Shown here: positions 48,685 to 50,266 of the stretch, one piece after another | Layout: the number at the start of each line of letters is the position of its first letter | Position numbering within the stretch: the stretch's first letter is position 1 | NCBI GenBank assembly: GCA_000934665.2 | Contig: KZ537990.1 | Span: forward strand, 124,001 to 174,266 | DNA: 50,266 bases | Direction of reading: 5' to 3' | Origin: Catajapyx aquilonaris | Lineage: Eukaryota | Notes under the pieces: model-generated | What the model saw: only the letters and a program-made list of their open reading frames with translations | Database searches by the model: none | Told to the model about the DNA's origin: nothing | Translations under genes and position numbers: made by a program

Positions 48685-49592
48685 GTCTCACCTTGGCTGT
48701 GGTCTGAAATACATTGTGGTTTTACAATCTTTGCAGCTTGTGACAAATCATCTTAAAATGAAAATGAACATCTCAATGCAAGAATATTGGTGACTTCGAT
48801 GCATTATTGGTGGCGAAAGGATTCACAGGAAATCCACCTGTTTGCTCTTCTTATGTATTGATACAATTTTCATTAAAATTGTAATGCCTAGGAGCCTCTG
48901 CTTTCTTGGGGGATGAACCTTTTGATTTTCTGTACGCTTCTGAGTACTCTACAATATATTGATGTGTTCTGGACATCTATCAGCATATGAGTTATGCAAT
49001 GCAAACTAAACTTGAACATGAGGTGGGGATTTTGAATGATAGACATGAACTTCATCATGGCATGCTCACTCATCAGTTTCTTCAGAGTTATAACAATGAT
49101 GCCTCTCTTGATTGATCTCAACATTTATTGGCCACAAAGATCCAACTGCATAAATCACTTAGTTACAACTTGGTTACAAGTACAGTAGAACCCTGATTAT
49201 CCCGCCTCTAATAATCTTGACTCGTCAGCTTATCTTCATATAGAGTAATTAGAATCCTTTGGTTTCCCTTTACAAATGTAAGTTGCAATGGTATGGATTT
49301 TCTGGGCGTCGACATACCCTTCTAGCCCTTTAATTAAGCCAAACAATACTAGTCCCATGCAGCTCATCTGCCATTTTATCATTACCTCACGCAAATAGTG
49401 CGCATGTCAGCATGCAACAGAAAGTGTGCCAGCAGGATTTATTGGGTTTGTTAAAGTACAGCATATTAAAGCATAACACGAGTATAACACATGTAGTCAA
49501 ATTGTAAGGGCTTGGAAATGTTTTGTTCGATTTATTTATAATTATGTAACAAGTAGTGTAAGCACCAGGAGATTATTAATTATGTTTTTGAA

Positions 49593-50266
49593 TTAAAATT
49601 GTGTGTGTAAGGATACCGACTGTGGTTCATGGATTACAATTGGCGGGGCTGAAGGGTAGGATATGTCGCTTATGTCAGTTCTCAACGGAATCATGGGTTG
49701 AACAAGACGATAATGATACGAGTACACAACACATATAAAGTAAACGTGGGCAAGGACATAGTCGCCAACAGTGAAGAAAAATGTGGTCTCGAAAGTGACC
49801 TGTGTGCTGAAAAATATGAATCCAACTGTCATCAAAATCACGTTGAGAGCCAAAAAGGTCATGAACAGGTGCAGGTATTTGGTCCGATTCTGCAAAAAAA
49901 AAAAATAGGATGGAAATGATGTAAAATTTGGCATGCGAATACATTTAAAATGATACTGACCTGATGAACGGAGGTCAGTGCCAGGGTGGACACTATTAAA
50001 AGCGCACCGGCGTAAATAGCCAGCGCAATTAATGTCCAAAACAGGCCTGGAGCTGAGGAAAGTAAGTATAGTTAGAGTGGGTACAAAATGGGTCATACAA
50101 ATGCCAAATTTAATTATAATGCAAGAAGGAAAGGGAGTTTTTAAAAATAATGCTAATAAATCGGAGTAAATCTAATACATATTTTAAGACCTATGTCTGT
50201 CTTTTGTCACCTAAACAGATCCATACGGAGGCCTCCACATATGCCCCAGGGGTATCACCAGGGGTA
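49593..50266 (-). CDS. 3' part of a small multi-pass membrane protein (LAPTM/DUF4728-like topology); 5' end lies outside the window
   Basis: Phase-consistent exons >50266-50211, 50052(or 50046)-49961 and 49889-49593 encode ..YVEASVWICL / GLFWTLIALAIYAGALLIVSTLALTSVHQ / NRTKYLHLFMTFL...YFICVVYSYHYRL..SAPP: three hydrophobic helices and a VVYSY motif. The family assignment is tentative. Confidence 0.7.

Overview
Eukaryotic DNA, very probably arthropod (judged from the insect-like mir-210 hairpin and TATA/Inr usage), in two contrasting halves. Bases ~1-29,400 hold no recognisable protein-coding gene. They contain an intact mir-210 hairpin (28000-28077, +) near the end of a ~25 kb region extremely rich in perfect CRE palindromes: I counted 18 TGACGTCA between 3940 and 28752, versus 2 in the last 21 kb. 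The CREs cluster with GCACGTGGA E-boxes, MEF2, CArG and AGGTCA nuclear-receptor motifs, and are interspersed with small candidate + strand exons and many MITE, Helitron and foldback repeats. Bases ~30,500-50,266 are gene-dense: a 13-exon TTC17 (-), an SLC22/Orct-type organic cation transporter (-) with two tandem homologous alternative first coding exons, a 4-exon RMND1 (+), a mariner-derived MITE and the 3' end of a small multi-pass membrane protein gene (-). Exon boundaries were read by hand from GT-AG signals and frame phases; motif counts are manual; all regulatory interpretations are inference.
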